This document shows positions 36,801-47,789 of a DNA stretch of 64,000 bases, in pieces. The position numbers were made by a program, and so were the translations under genes. Location of the stretch: the NCBI GenBank assembly GCA_020891255.1, contig BQFW01000006.1, forward strand, positions 1-64,000, in the 5' to 3' direction. A model generated the notes under the pieces. The model was not told the DNA's origin. It saw only the letters and a program-made list of their open reading frames with translations, and did no database searches. Every line of letters starts with the position of its first letter. Within the stretch, counting starts at the first letter, position 1. Origin of the DNA: Entomortierella parvispora E1425. Taxonomy: Eukaryota; Fungi; Mortierellomycota.

Positions 36801-38719
36801 ACCTTCTTGAACAATTCCCTCGAGCCCGCAATTGGATCGCCTGGTACATGAATGCCGATCGGAAAAGCCTTATTTATCCGGCACTGAGGGGGCACCCCCA
36901 CGTTCTGGAGACATTAGCTTTGGACACGAATGCTCAAGAAGGCTTTGGGGCTCATCTTCGTAACTATCTCGAGCGGACAGCGCCCAGAGGCGGTATTGTC
37001 AAATGTGTTGAGGCCATTGCACTTTATCAGCAGTCATTCGCCCGAGACTACGACCACGTCCTTCGAGGCGGAAAACTGACTTATGGCAAGCGACCACCGG
37101 TTCCAGAATCTTATATCAATGATGGACGCGCTCCAGATAACGCGAAAGCATTGAGGGCAGCGCAGGTTAAAGATGAAGCTCGACGTAAACGGGAGTCTGC
37201 GCGTTATAAACCCAAGGTGCCCAAAGACTTACTCCAGAAGCCGAAGCAAGGGCGTCGCCTAGGCAGCCAAAATAAGGCGCCTTCATCGAGGGAAATATTT
37301 GACCACAACACGTTCGGCATTCCCTGGGGTGTGGAGCCTTCAAAACTGTCAGGCAATGCACGGTTTGCGCTCACCAACACCTGCGCCCTCGATTCCTCTC
37401 TGATGGCGTGGTACATGTTGGTGTCACTTTCTGGAGCGACGCTCCCCCCCGCTATGATTTCTTCAACTGTAGGCTTGGCTCTTCTGTCAGTAATGGCCCA
37501 CCTCCACGCAAGGCGATATGACATGGCTAGGCGCCTCTGGTGCACAGACGTGATGAAGCTACCTGGAAATAGACATCACGACCTCTATCTAAGTCTTGAG
37601 GCGGTCTTCCTTGATCTAGTGCCAGGCCTGACAAGGTTCGAAGTGTCCAGGGTATCCTCGTGCAGTGTACCCGGGTGTCCTCAAGAAGTCAATCATGCCG
37701 CCCCACGGTCTGTCATCATGCTTTCTCCCGACATCATTACACAGAAAACATTTAATGAAGCACTGTCGGCATCATTCCCGCACAGTTGTACCAAAAGGGT
37801 TGCTGGATTCAACATCACGGGCCACAGTCGGCAAGAGTGGACGATCACCGACGAGGGCGAGGAGTCCTGGACTGCATGCTCAGGGCAGAGATCTCAAGGC
37901 CCGATGCTGGTCGCAGAATATCCGCCTGTCCTGCTTTTGGACTGTGTCCAAGAATACAGGAGCAGTCAACACCGGGGGCCGTGGATCATGCCTGTTTCCG
38001 TCTTGAGATTTGATGCCGAGATCTACCACTTGGCAACGATTTTCTACTTCAACAACAATCACTTTTGTTGTGCTGTCATCGTTGGTAACAGCGTGTACCT
38101 CTATGATGGCAAGCCCTTATACCCGCGGACGAGGCTGATTAATCTTTCGCTTTTGAAGGATTTTTGCCAACCCGAAGGGTACCGACCGATCCTTTTCTGG
38201 TATTTGCATCAACAGACAACCTCGCTGGATACGACAGATATGGACCCTAAGACCAGCAGCAAAAATGATCAAAACTACACTATGACCGCCGCCGTTTCTC
38301 CCACTGTGGCTCAAAGCCCTGTGCCCGTAGCGCTGGTGCCGTCTCAGCCGCAGTCTGGTGTCGCGTCGCCAACGCGCTCCTCTGATGTTGGCAAAGAAAC
38401 AAAAAAACGAGAGTTTCCTTCCATCACAGATCAAGAAGCTGCCAGTAATTCGATTGTTCTTCGGAGAAGCAAACGGACTAAGCACCCTATTGGATTCAGT
38501 TATGGAGAGATTGCTTCGAACGGCCCGCTTCCTATCTGCCAGTCTTGTGGGAAAAAAATAGAGCGAGATAGCAAGAGGTTTCTGCTAACAACACTGGAGG
38601 ACGATGTGAAAAAATGGCGTAACACCAAGTCTTACCACTTCACAAGAGAGTGCATGAGGGCAATGCCCTCCAAGTATCATCATTCAGCCGAGGTTGCTCT
38701 GGAGCAGAATGGGGCATAA
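33884..38719 (+). CDS. Multi-exon MULE transposase with GCM-like DNA-binding domain, DDE core, USP-like protease and PARP-type zinc finger; 1-bp frameshift at about 35761
   Basis: Spliced exons are visible (e.g. acceptor at 35570), but the 5' exons are only partly resolved. Motifs: DEFPNG, GW...KRCLGVSRC...CPYVRRP, GFHEHPKP, TDSFHG, MTCDFSDAE, FCTVHYRRS, TNAQEG, NTCALDS, NHF...YDG, CQSCGKKI...YHFTREC. Confidence 0.8.
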
Positions 38720-38916
38720 GGAGTAGGAGATGTTGTGTCTCTAATATTGGGAAATAAAGAGTGGTTTTTTTTTTTTATTGAAACGCCTGACGGGGTTCAA
38801 TGAATTAGGAGGCGCACATTGATTCCGCCTGCCTGCACTGTGATTTGAACGGTGCCATCGTCTCATCATTTGCGCCGAGGGTGGGAAGTGGGAAAATATG
38901 GTGTTTTTGGCGCGTT

Positions 38917-39056
38917 GCTGAATGGGCCTCAAATGGATTCGGTGACGTATCCATTTTATTTAAGGTAATTGGATGCGCCACCAACCTGTGCCGATGAATT
39001 TAAGGTAACATGCCACACTCAACTTGTGAGCACACTCAACTAAATTCGATATACCC
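38917..39056 (-). repeat. Right TIR of MULE
   Basis: Reverse complement of 30395-30534. Confidence 0.95.
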
Positions 39057-39763
39057 ATATATCAGCGCCTCCAGCGCTCTCTCATTAAACTCTTCTTCCG
39101 TCTCGTCATAACTCGGACCCATACTCACTCACGTTGACGGGGACCCCTGCCCCGCACAGACCGAACCTCAAGAGCTTATCTCGCACCCTCTAAACCCAGA
39201 TCCTGGAGTCAAGACCCTGGGGCCAAGACAAGCCCCACCCGAGTTTCTGCCCCAGATCCAGCGCCACTAATGTTCTGGCACCACTTCTGCGACAGGAATA
39301 CGGTGACATGCACCTACAAAAGCTAGAAACTTGTAATATAATAAAACCCAATTCTTGTCTCCACTCAGTCCCCTTGTAGTCCTATTGCAGAAAGAGCCGA
39401 CATTGAAGGATCAAAAAGCAACGTCGCTATGATCGTTTGGCTGCTACAAGCCAGTTATCCCTCACCTTCTCAGCTTACATCTGTCAGTACTGAGCCCCCT
39501 CGATTATCTTCGCGACACCCTTGATCTTTTAAGCGACCCTCCCATTTCGAGCGTCCCTTAGATTTTGCACGTTGCGGTGAAGTAGATGCCGATCATATGA
39601 TTTGGTTAGTGTGGTGAGTTTGTGTCTTGTGCGGGGTGAGTCATCAGGAGTGGGCAAACGACTCCCCTCACGAATAAAATCGCCTAAATCTCCAAAAGTT
39701 CTACACGCACAAACCCATGCATTTATTGGAATTCAGTGGGATGAGTGTGCTAGTTTACTCCAT

Positions 39764-40138
39764 CTACAATTGCACCTCCCCTGCTGCGTTTTTAGCCTCC
39801 TCTTCTTTCTCCTTCTCGTCGTCCTCCTCCTGAGCCCTCCGCTCGAGGTCTGCCTGCCAAGCGTCCCAATAAGCATCGGAGACAGTGAAGAGTATCTCCT
39901 TGCCTTTCTTGGTATGGACACGAACCGGAGTGATCTTGCGGAGACTGTGTATGAACAGATGTTCCTTGAAGAACGCCAGAGTCTCGTTAAGGATCTCCAA
40001 GGCCTCCGCTTCCTCCACGGGGTCGATCTCGCTTTGGTGGCCCATGTGCAAGATCCGGTCGCAAGTAAGAGTGAATTCGTTGATCTGCTTGATGTACGTT
40101 CGTCGTTCGTACTCCTCTCTTCTTAGACAGGCGGCCAT
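39764..40138 (-). CDS. Hypothetical protein, 124 aa
   Basis: ATG-initiated ORF in A-rich context with helical, protein-like composition and an acidic tail. No family recognised. Confidence 0.4.
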   Translation of the reverse strand: MAACLRREEYERRTYIKQINEFTLTCDRILHMGHQSEIDPVEEAEALEILNETLAFFKEHLFIHSLRKITPVRVHTKKGKEILFTVSDAYWDAWQADLERRAQEEDDEKEKEEEAKNAAGEVQL

Positions 40139-41743
40139 GTCGATGATTTTTTTTTAGTGGTTAACAAAATTCTTTCTGGTTAAAGGGGGAAACGAGGGAA
40201 GGAATGAGAAAGGATGTGTTAGTGACCTGAATAACGGAAGAGTTTCGTGGGGAGCTGGTAGATGGACTGGATCCCCAGTTTCTGAGCAGGCGCCCCTTTC
40301 CCTCTGAGGCGAGGGCAGAGGTTGAAGTTAGAGTTAGAATGCGTGTGATACGTTTAATGCTATTGGTTCTCTTAGGAATGGGGCAATGACTTCTCGACCC
40401 TAAACTGTATGTAGTGGACAACAATGGCTCAAAGTAAACTATTCAAGCAAAAACCTTAAGAAAATCGCTCATTCGGAGCCTCAATTGTAGGAACACTCAA
40501 TTTCTGCTGCTGTGCGAGCGTTGTTGGACGCCATGTGGGCTCACAAGTGTCATGTTATTGGTCCTCAGAGAAAGTACCGTGGGTTGAACTTGGGCTTGGG
40601 AATAACAAAAGATTTTGAGTGGTCGGTAGGAAACTGAGCGAGCCGAGAATTTCGAATCAGCTTCACAGCGCGAATTTTTTTTGGCAGGTGAATGGAAGTA
40701 AAATAATGTTGAATGTACTGTACATACATCTGAGGGTAGGGGTGAGATGCGTACATTGCTCGCGCTACTCTTAAGTACTGTGCTGTACAATAGTCAAACG
40801 AGCGAGCGACGAAAAGCCCAATTTTTTTTCAATTCAATTGCACGAAATAAGCAATCTTTGCTTGCTTGAAGTGCTTGTGTTGCTTCGTGAACGGTTGTAT
40901 AGTACTGCACCCGGTACATACAGCAACGGTTCAATAAGGTACAAACTCACCTGTAATGTTAGAACCTTGTTAAAAGGCGGCAAAAAGGCCAAATCCTGCT
41001 GATCGCAATATTGTCAATTGGAGGCACAAGCAGTCTTGTTCTTACCCAGGCGCCCTCCTTGTGAGCGCATGTCAAGTAGAATATATCTTCAAGGGAAAGA
41101 TGTTCTTCGTTAGGAAGCATGGAATACGAGAAGCTGGCTACACTGCCTGTCGTCCAATGCTCTACACGTTGCTGGCGTTGCCCCGGTAAAATGCATCAGA
41201 TAGCGTTTCGTTGAAATTTCAGTTTTTTTTTGTATTACTTTAAACTTTCTCTCTTTTTGTTATTCTTTTAATGGTACTGTACAGTACATACAGACATGAT
41301 GGGAAAACTTGAAAAGTGCCAATGAAACTCAAGCGAAGCGTAGACTTGGGGATCCCTCCTTTCGCGTACGATGTTGAGGAGAGCGATTAGAAGGAATGGT
41401 CCCAAGTCAAGACTGAACGAAGAATGGATAACGCATTACCTGCAGAATACCATGCGACTCCCTTCCAAGGCCCAGTGGCATGTGGTCCCAGAGAATAAAC
41501 CTGTGGAACCATCACCGCCTCGTCATGACTATAAAAGCGGGTTCTCTTTCTCGTTGTTCATCTATTTATTCCTCTCTTTCAGTACTGTCTATCATCAATC
41601 TTACATTCCAGCAACCTCATTCAACAAGAAAATCCAAGGTACGCAATCTCGTAACGTAATCTTACGAAAGTCGTGAGAAAACATTGACAAGGAACAGCGT
41701 TGCTTATATACATGTACTAAACATCGCCGCCCGCCTTTTAGAC

Positions 41744-42025
41744 ATGAAAGCTATCTCACTTTTTCTCGTCGCCGCTCTTGCGCTTGTCGCTACAGCTGCC
41801 CCCACCGCTGAACCTCTTAACTGCCCCTGCGGCCCAGGCAGGCGTGATCCCTGGCACCCTGCGTGCTGCCCAGACCCCACCACCATTGCTCCCAAGGAGG
41901 TTGAGGCCGTTGCCAATGGTGGCACTGCTGAACCTCTTAACTGCCCCTGCGGCCCAGGCAAGCGTGATCCCTGGCATCCTGCGTGCTGCCCAGACCCCAC
42001 CACTGTTGCTCCCAAGATTGCCTAG
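41744..42025 (+). CDS. Small secreted Cys-rich tandem-repeat protein, 93 aa
   Basis: Signal peptide MKAISLFLVAALALVATA, then two copies of TAEPLNCPCGPG(R/K)RDPWHPACCPDPTT. TATAAAA near 41531 and a probable 5'-UTR intron at 41639-41741. Confidence 0.85.
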   Translation: MKAISLFLVAALALVATAAPTAEPLNCPCGPGRRDPWHPACCPDPTTIAPKEVEAVANGGTAEPLNCPCGPGKRDPWHPACCPDPTTVAPKIA

Positions 42026-42479
42026 GATTAAACTTGCGTGATTGATAACGGCGCACAGAGTGCAGCAAAAAATCCTAATAATAAAAGTACCCTTGTCTGT
42101 GTGTACACCCTCTCACACCATGCAAAAATCAGTTCAGATTGCACGGCGTGGATCATAATGTGTGAGGAGATTGCTGTACTGTATCCTCATTGCGCACGAT
42201 CTGGATCCCTCCGATGCAGACAGATTGACTTCCAAATGTTTTGCTTCATAATCTTGTCTCTCTTAACCATTGTGATGAAAGAAACGAACGATTGAAACTA
42301 GAAGCCATGGTGGCGTAAAAAAAGAATTGAAAAAGTTTAATTTTATCAGCAGAAATTAACAGAGTACCCGTCGCGGTTGTCTACAAGGGATCTCCAATCT
42401 ACAGGACCGAACCGACGACAAAGTGGTACGAGTTCATCTATGAATCAGGATCAACACCTTTGGTCAAGGATGTAAGCAG

Positions 42480-43900
42480 AAAAAAATTGGCTGCAATATT
42501 TGATCACGCTATTTTTCTTAATACAGTGGCCTGCAGCATCATGAGGAAACGACAAACGAGGTCACGACAAACAGTGCCACGGGTTGAGAGATGGCAAGGA
42601 ATTGGAAGACAGACGGGACGCTCCATCCAACAAACAACAACCCCCCGTTTCTCCTCCCTTCGGCCTATTCTTCTTTTTTTCCACAAAAGGAACTGCACTC
42701 GCCCCCGATTCAAAAGAATAATGGTCTTGGGAGGAAAGAGGACAGGAAGAAAGAGAAGAGAGGGACGAGCAAGAGAAGAGTAGGGATAAGAGGAAGAGGA
42801 GCAAGAGAATAGGAGCAGGAGAAGGGACGGACAAGAGAGAAGAGAGCTTGCCGTCTGCTGCTGGAGTCAACGCATCCGACAGCGGAGACGAGACAGGAAC
42901 GACCCAACGATCGATCAGTCAATCCTCGTCCATGTGGGAACCAAAAAACAAACGTTTTTTTTATTTGGCGCCAGCTGCCACAGCAAAGCGCAAAGAGCGA
43001 TGCAAGGGAGAGCGAGCGCAGGCAAGTTCAAGAGAAAAGGAGAAGACATCAGCGAAAGATAGGAAGGAAAAAACGGAGAAGCAAGAAAGAAGAGAAGAGA
43101 GGGAAGAGAGGGAGTCCCGAAAAGAGAGGTGACCAAGAGAGAAAAGAGGAGACGAACAACAAGAAAGAGAAGAGAAGAGGAAAGAAGAGAGCAAAGGGAG
43201 AAGAAAGAACGATCAGTCCATGCGACCACAACCAAACCCAGGAGGTCCTTGGGGGGAGTTTTCTTCCTCCAGCAGCTGCAAACTGCTTCTCCAAGAAGTA
43301 CTCCTCCCCTGGATGGACATCTCCACCCTGATGCGGAGATAGTTGCCATAGTCAGCAGTGCAACATCTTCCAGGTCCCTTCGTTTGTTGCACCGAAGAAA
43401 GTGGACGGGGGTGGACTGGATCAACGTGTCAGAACGTGGACATTTGTCGGCGTGATTTTTTTTTGGAGCTTCCTCTGACGCTGGAGCTCAAGGGTATCTG
43501 TTTCCAATAAGTCAAGGTCGTTAGCACCCATCATCCAGCCCTGAGTGAATGCTGTAAATGGAAGAGACGAGATGGCGCCCAAGGCAGCAGACAAAGAGAG
43601 AAGGAGGGAAGGGTAAGAAAAAGATACTAGTTCAGGGACGATCAGTCACAATGGCAACAACCAACAACACACGTACCCTAGGGGATGGAAGAGAGGGAAC
43701 AGAGAGAAGTGCCAGAGGGAAGAGAAGAGGGGGGACAAGAGAGAGGACAAGAGGAAAGAGAGGAGAGGGACAACAGAGAAGAGATGGAAGAGACAAGTTC
43801 AAAAGAGACGATAAGAGTGAAGGAAGAGAAGAAACGATCAAAACTGACGAGCAAGAGGGAAGGACGTGAAAGAGCTCAGGCACGATCAGTCCATGCGATG
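42480..43900. repeat. Purine-rich composite repeat, copy 3
   Basis: CCATCCAACAAACAACAA...AAAAGAATAATGGTCTTGGGAGG and ACGATCAGTCCATGCG motifs shared with the other copies. Confidence 0.65.
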
Positions 43901-43945
43901 CGAGCGTCAAACAAACAAACGGATTTCCCTATGAATTCCTCTTCC

Positions 43946-44545
43946 TTTTTTTTTTGCAACATTTCATTTGCTATGTCGAGCCAAAGAAGGTGCGAGACCA
44001 AACTATTACAACCTGAGTAAAACCGCGTGGTCAAGACGAACTAAGACTCCGGATCCCCGTGCAACAAATGCAATGGCTCGACACCGTGTAATGAAGAAGA
44101 GTAAAATGTTACAAAAAATAGATCTTCCCCATCTTTTCTAATGTCGATAAGTGAACATGGCCACGCACACAAGCCAGTAAGCGCTGGTCGGCCAACGTGG
44201 GATTATCTTGGGCACCAGGGCAGAGGCCTTGGTGGTGGTCGGCGTTAGGCTTTCCGCATTGGCAAGTGTCCGGTAGTAATGTTGTACCAGAGGCATTGTT
44301 CCACGGTTTCCCAGTCTGGGCTTTCTTCTTCATCTTGGGGCTGATACCTTGTGTCTTCTTCCATGCAATGGTCACTTCGCAGTGCGTCTTCCAGAGCCGA
44401 TCCAAGGCATCCCTGTCCAAACGACGAATAAACTGACGAGCAACTGCGACCACGGTGGAGCGAGGGCCTTTAATAATTGGCCTCCAGGCCTCGATCAGGG
44501 CCGAATGGAGCAGTCCTTGGTAAGCCGTGACGACAGAACAAGCCG
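43946..44545 (-). mobile_element. 5'-truncated copy of the LINE 3' end, with poly(A)
   Basis: Colinear with 15144-15770, including the poly(T) run on the plus strand. Confidence 0.9.
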
Positions 44546-44549
44546 ATAC

Positions 44550-45360
44550 CGACGGAGCTTTGAGGACACCCCTCCAGCGGAACTAAGGAGACCCCTATAT
44601 CTTCTACAACCGAAAGGATTGGGACGTCCTGCTCCCAATGATGGAGTTTGCTTACAATAACTCCCAAAATCCGTCCACAGGCTTCTCCCCTTTCCGATTA
44701 AACTACGGGCATGATCCAATAATTACCCCGTCCGCACTGCTGCACCCAATCCAATCCAACACTCCCGCAGCTACCGAGTTTATTTTGCAACAACAGAGCG
44801 CCCTCACGCAAGCTCAACACGCCACCCACCAGGGACAGGAGCGGCAGAAAACACAAGCAGATAAGGCAAGACGACCATCAACCTTCAAAGTGGGCGACAT
44901 GGTGCTCCTCCACTTGTCACTCGCAGCCCGCCAAAACCGCCCAGCAGAACTGAAATATATCGGCCCATTTCAGATCAAACGCAAAGCCAACGACAACGTG
45001 TTTGAACTAGACCTTGCTTCAACTATGAACAGCACCCAGTCTTCAACACCGACCTGTTGCGCCCCTACATACCATCTCCACCTCCCTTCAATTGCACCAC
45101 AACCGACCGCCCCCCTTCCGGTCACAATCGACGATGGCGACGAAGTGTACGAAGAGTATGAGGTGGAACGGATACTGGATTACAAAATGGATTGTAAAAC
45201 ATTGAAATGGCTCATTCTCTGGAAAGGCTACACGCTCGACAACGCCACTTGGGAACCAAAACGGTCTCTCGCAAATGCCCAAGAAGCACACGCAGAGTTT
45301 GAACGCACCAGAAAACCTTTAGCCGCTTTTTTTTTTTTTTTTTTTTTTTGGATGGGAAGG
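44550..45360 (+). mobile_element. Ty3/Gypsy remnant: integrase C-terminus plus chromodomain, followed by a PPT-like tract and a probable LTR (about 45362-45790)
   Basis: WDVLLPMMEFAYNNSQNPSTGFSPF, YIGPFQI, YEVERILDY...WLILWKGY...ATWEP; GGATGGGAAGGA tract. Confidence 0.8.
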
Positions 45361-45801
45361 ATGCAAACAAATACAGTAGACCTCGAGCAACAGTCAAACC
45401 AGACTGACCGTGCAGCGCCTTCACTCACAGCGAAGCCACAAACAAAGGGCCAACTACAACCACCGCCACCATTGCCACCATTGCCACCACCACAACCTTT
45501 AGTATAAATACTTCAGAAATTTTAACATCATTCAATCTTCGTCTTCGTGCTCTTCCCTTGGCGTTTACTATTGCAGAGAATGACTTTTCGTCAAAATGAA
45601 CAGCTTATCTTCCTTTCACAAGTCACCAATCTGAATTCACGACGGTTTGCAATAGGAGCGCTGGGAACGGAGTGGAGGCAAAAAGTGCCTTTTATTCAAG
45701 TACTATTTACATACAACTATCGTATACTGTATATGGGTGGATCGCGTGTTGGAACCGTATTACCGTCATGTATATACACGGTTCATGACAACGTTCTAGT
45801 T

Positions 45802-46314
45802 TTACATGCACAATATGGCATTCCATTGCTGGGAATAAAGAATGTGGCATCGCTCGAAGTCGAAACATGCTTCGCACGATGGATTCATGTTGCCACCCCA
45901 GCCAGTAGGTAAAATGCAATGCAGTCCATAATCAGTTCTTGCATCTGGCTGAGTCCAGAACTTTGCAATAGGCGCTTTATCCTGTGGACACTGAGGGTTA
46001 TTGCCACTGTAACGTAACGGGGGTTCTCCAACTGATGCCCAAGTTCCAGATTTGCAAGAAAGTAAAAGGCCATTGGTGTCTCGACCTACCAAGCCATTTG
46101 GGGAGCAATCTTGGCCTATTTCCGCGACACCGTGGATCAGGACGAATTCACCCGTTGTGAGGCGACTGTTTGATTGCAATGTGCCACCGATAACTGTGTT
46201 GCCATTAATGTTGGCTGCAACAGGAATGTTCTCATCAGGCGGTGTCATGCTCAACTGGATTGGGATAGCGAGAGCAGGAGACGCTAGTACTAAGAATATC
46301 AGAAGTATGATCAT
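45802..46314 (-). CDS. Secreted intronless protein of 170 aa with a bacterial shufflon PilV-like segment
   Basis: Signal peptide MIILLIFLVLASPALA; NSRLTTGEFVLIHGVAEIGQDCSPNGLVGRDTNGLLLSCKSGTW; Cys-rich C-terminus; TATA-like TATATAAG about 55 bp upstream. Confidence 0.75.
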   Translation of the reverse strand: MIILLIFLVLASPALAIPIQLSMTPPDENIPVAANINGNTVIGGTLQSNSRLTTGEFVLIHGVAEIGQDCSPNGLVGRDTNGLLLSCKSGTWASVGEPPLRYSGNNPQCPQDKAPIAKFWTQPDARTDYGLHCILPTGWGGNMNPSCEACFDFERCHILYSQQWNAILCM

Positions 46315-46518
46315 GTTTGAGGATGAAGGATGCGGAGCGACTGCAAGACGGATGCGTCCCCCAAACACTTATATAGTAAAAAAAAATTGATGTATACATG
46401 GCAGTGTACTGTAAAGTATGGCCCGGGTCCTCATGATGATTGCTATAAATGGAGTCTATAGGGGCCAGAAAAGAAAGAGGTTTCGATGATTTTGAACACC
46501 TGGAAATGGAAGGTCAAA

Positions 46519-46722
46519 GGCAAAGGCAAAGGCAAAGGCAAAGGCAAAGGCAAAGGCAAAGGCAAAGGCAAAGGCAAAGGCAAAGGCAAAGGCAAAGGCA
46601 AAGGCAAAGGCAAAGGCAAAGGCAAAGGCAAAGGCAAAGGCAAAGGCAAAGGCAAAGGCAAAGGCAAAGGCAAAGGCAAAGGCAAAGGCAAAGGCAAAGG
46701 CAAAGGCAAAGGCAAAGGCAAA
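46519..46722. repeat. (GGCAAA)n microsatellite, about 34 units
   Basis: Perfect hexamer array. Confidence 0.97.
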
Positions 46723-47789
46723 GACAGAGACAAAGCTTGTCCACGTTCTCACGCTTTTTTAGCGTCCCTCTTCCACAATCCATCGGACCTCCTTATGACT
46801 CGCGCCACATTGGTCATCTTCTCCTGCATGAGAAATTACCCTTTTTTTTTCATCGGCCTGGTTTGTCTTGCGAAATTTCAAGGTTGTTGTGAAGTAGCGT
46901 TGATCAGTATCAGTTCTCATCATGGACGAGATGTCCTTGCCTTGTAACCCAGTAAGTTCTTCGTTTCTATAGCAATAGAAGATCAGCAGTACGAGCATTA
47001 AGATGACGAAGAGCGCGGTGAAGACGCGTTAAATCGCGTCGCGTCGAGGTCGCGTGTGAGTGAATAGTCATACCTTGTCCATAGAGTAAATCCCGTTGCT
47101 GCAAAGGCTTGGAACATTGCGCAGGCACCAAGGCCATGCTTTTTGATTGTGGCTGGGTCCTGGAGATGGGCCATCAGCTTGGCCATGTCCTTGTATAACA
47201 TGGGCAGACTCTGCTTGCTGGTGCCGCCTCGACTGTTCTAGTGCTTCAAGGACTTCCTCAACTTTGCGAACTGGTGTTCAAAAACAGGGCTGTCTTGCCA
47301 AAACCCAGGGCTAGTCTCCTTCCAATCGTCTCTTTTAAATCCCTTATCGTCAAAATGGCTCTTCAAGGCGCTTCGACTCCTTCGACGGTCTTGTAGGTGT
47401 ATTTCTTTGTGTCAGAGAGATATGAGATGTAGAGGTAAAGAGATGACGGCGCGCAGGCCATGACAACTTTAAACGCCTCCCTGTATTCTCCGGATAGTTC
47501 TCCTTCTTCGATTTGCTTCATGAGGAACTCATTTGTGCGTTTGACATTGCCGCTGCAGTTGGTCTTTACGGGCAGACTGGTAGAACTCATCAGTGACCTT
47601 GCTTCCTGCGTCAATTGCTTGAAAGCTGAATTGGCATCTGCTTGCTGTCTTTCTTATTTTTCTTGGTGGCGCCATTCAGGAACTGGTCAATGAGCATAGG
47701 GAGTCTTTGAGGAATGTGAGGTGTATAGTGCTATAATGTGTGGTAAGGATGAGGTGGGAAGGCTCATACTCGACTAATTTATACTTTTT

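Larger units (their letters stand above)
30395..39056 (+). mobile_element. Complete Mutator-like (MULE) DNA transposon, 8662 bp
   Basis: 140-bp TIRs at 30395-30534 and 38917-39056, identical as read. 9-bp TSD ATATATCAG at 30386-30394 and 39057-39065. Internal DDE transposase. Confidence 0.95.

Noticed and set aside
45802-46368. Bacterial contig fragment or true shufflon
   Set aside because: No rci recombinase, sfx repeats or other pil genes. The flanks are fungal repeats and the gene has a eukaryotic signal peptide, though chimeric assembly still needs a read check.
46443-46947. (KG)n, (RQ)n, (LP)n and (AF)n ORFs
   Set aside because: All are readings of the GGCAAA microsatellite.
46998-47700. 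Gene fragments on the minus strand
   Set aside because: Interrupted by stops and too degraded to assign.
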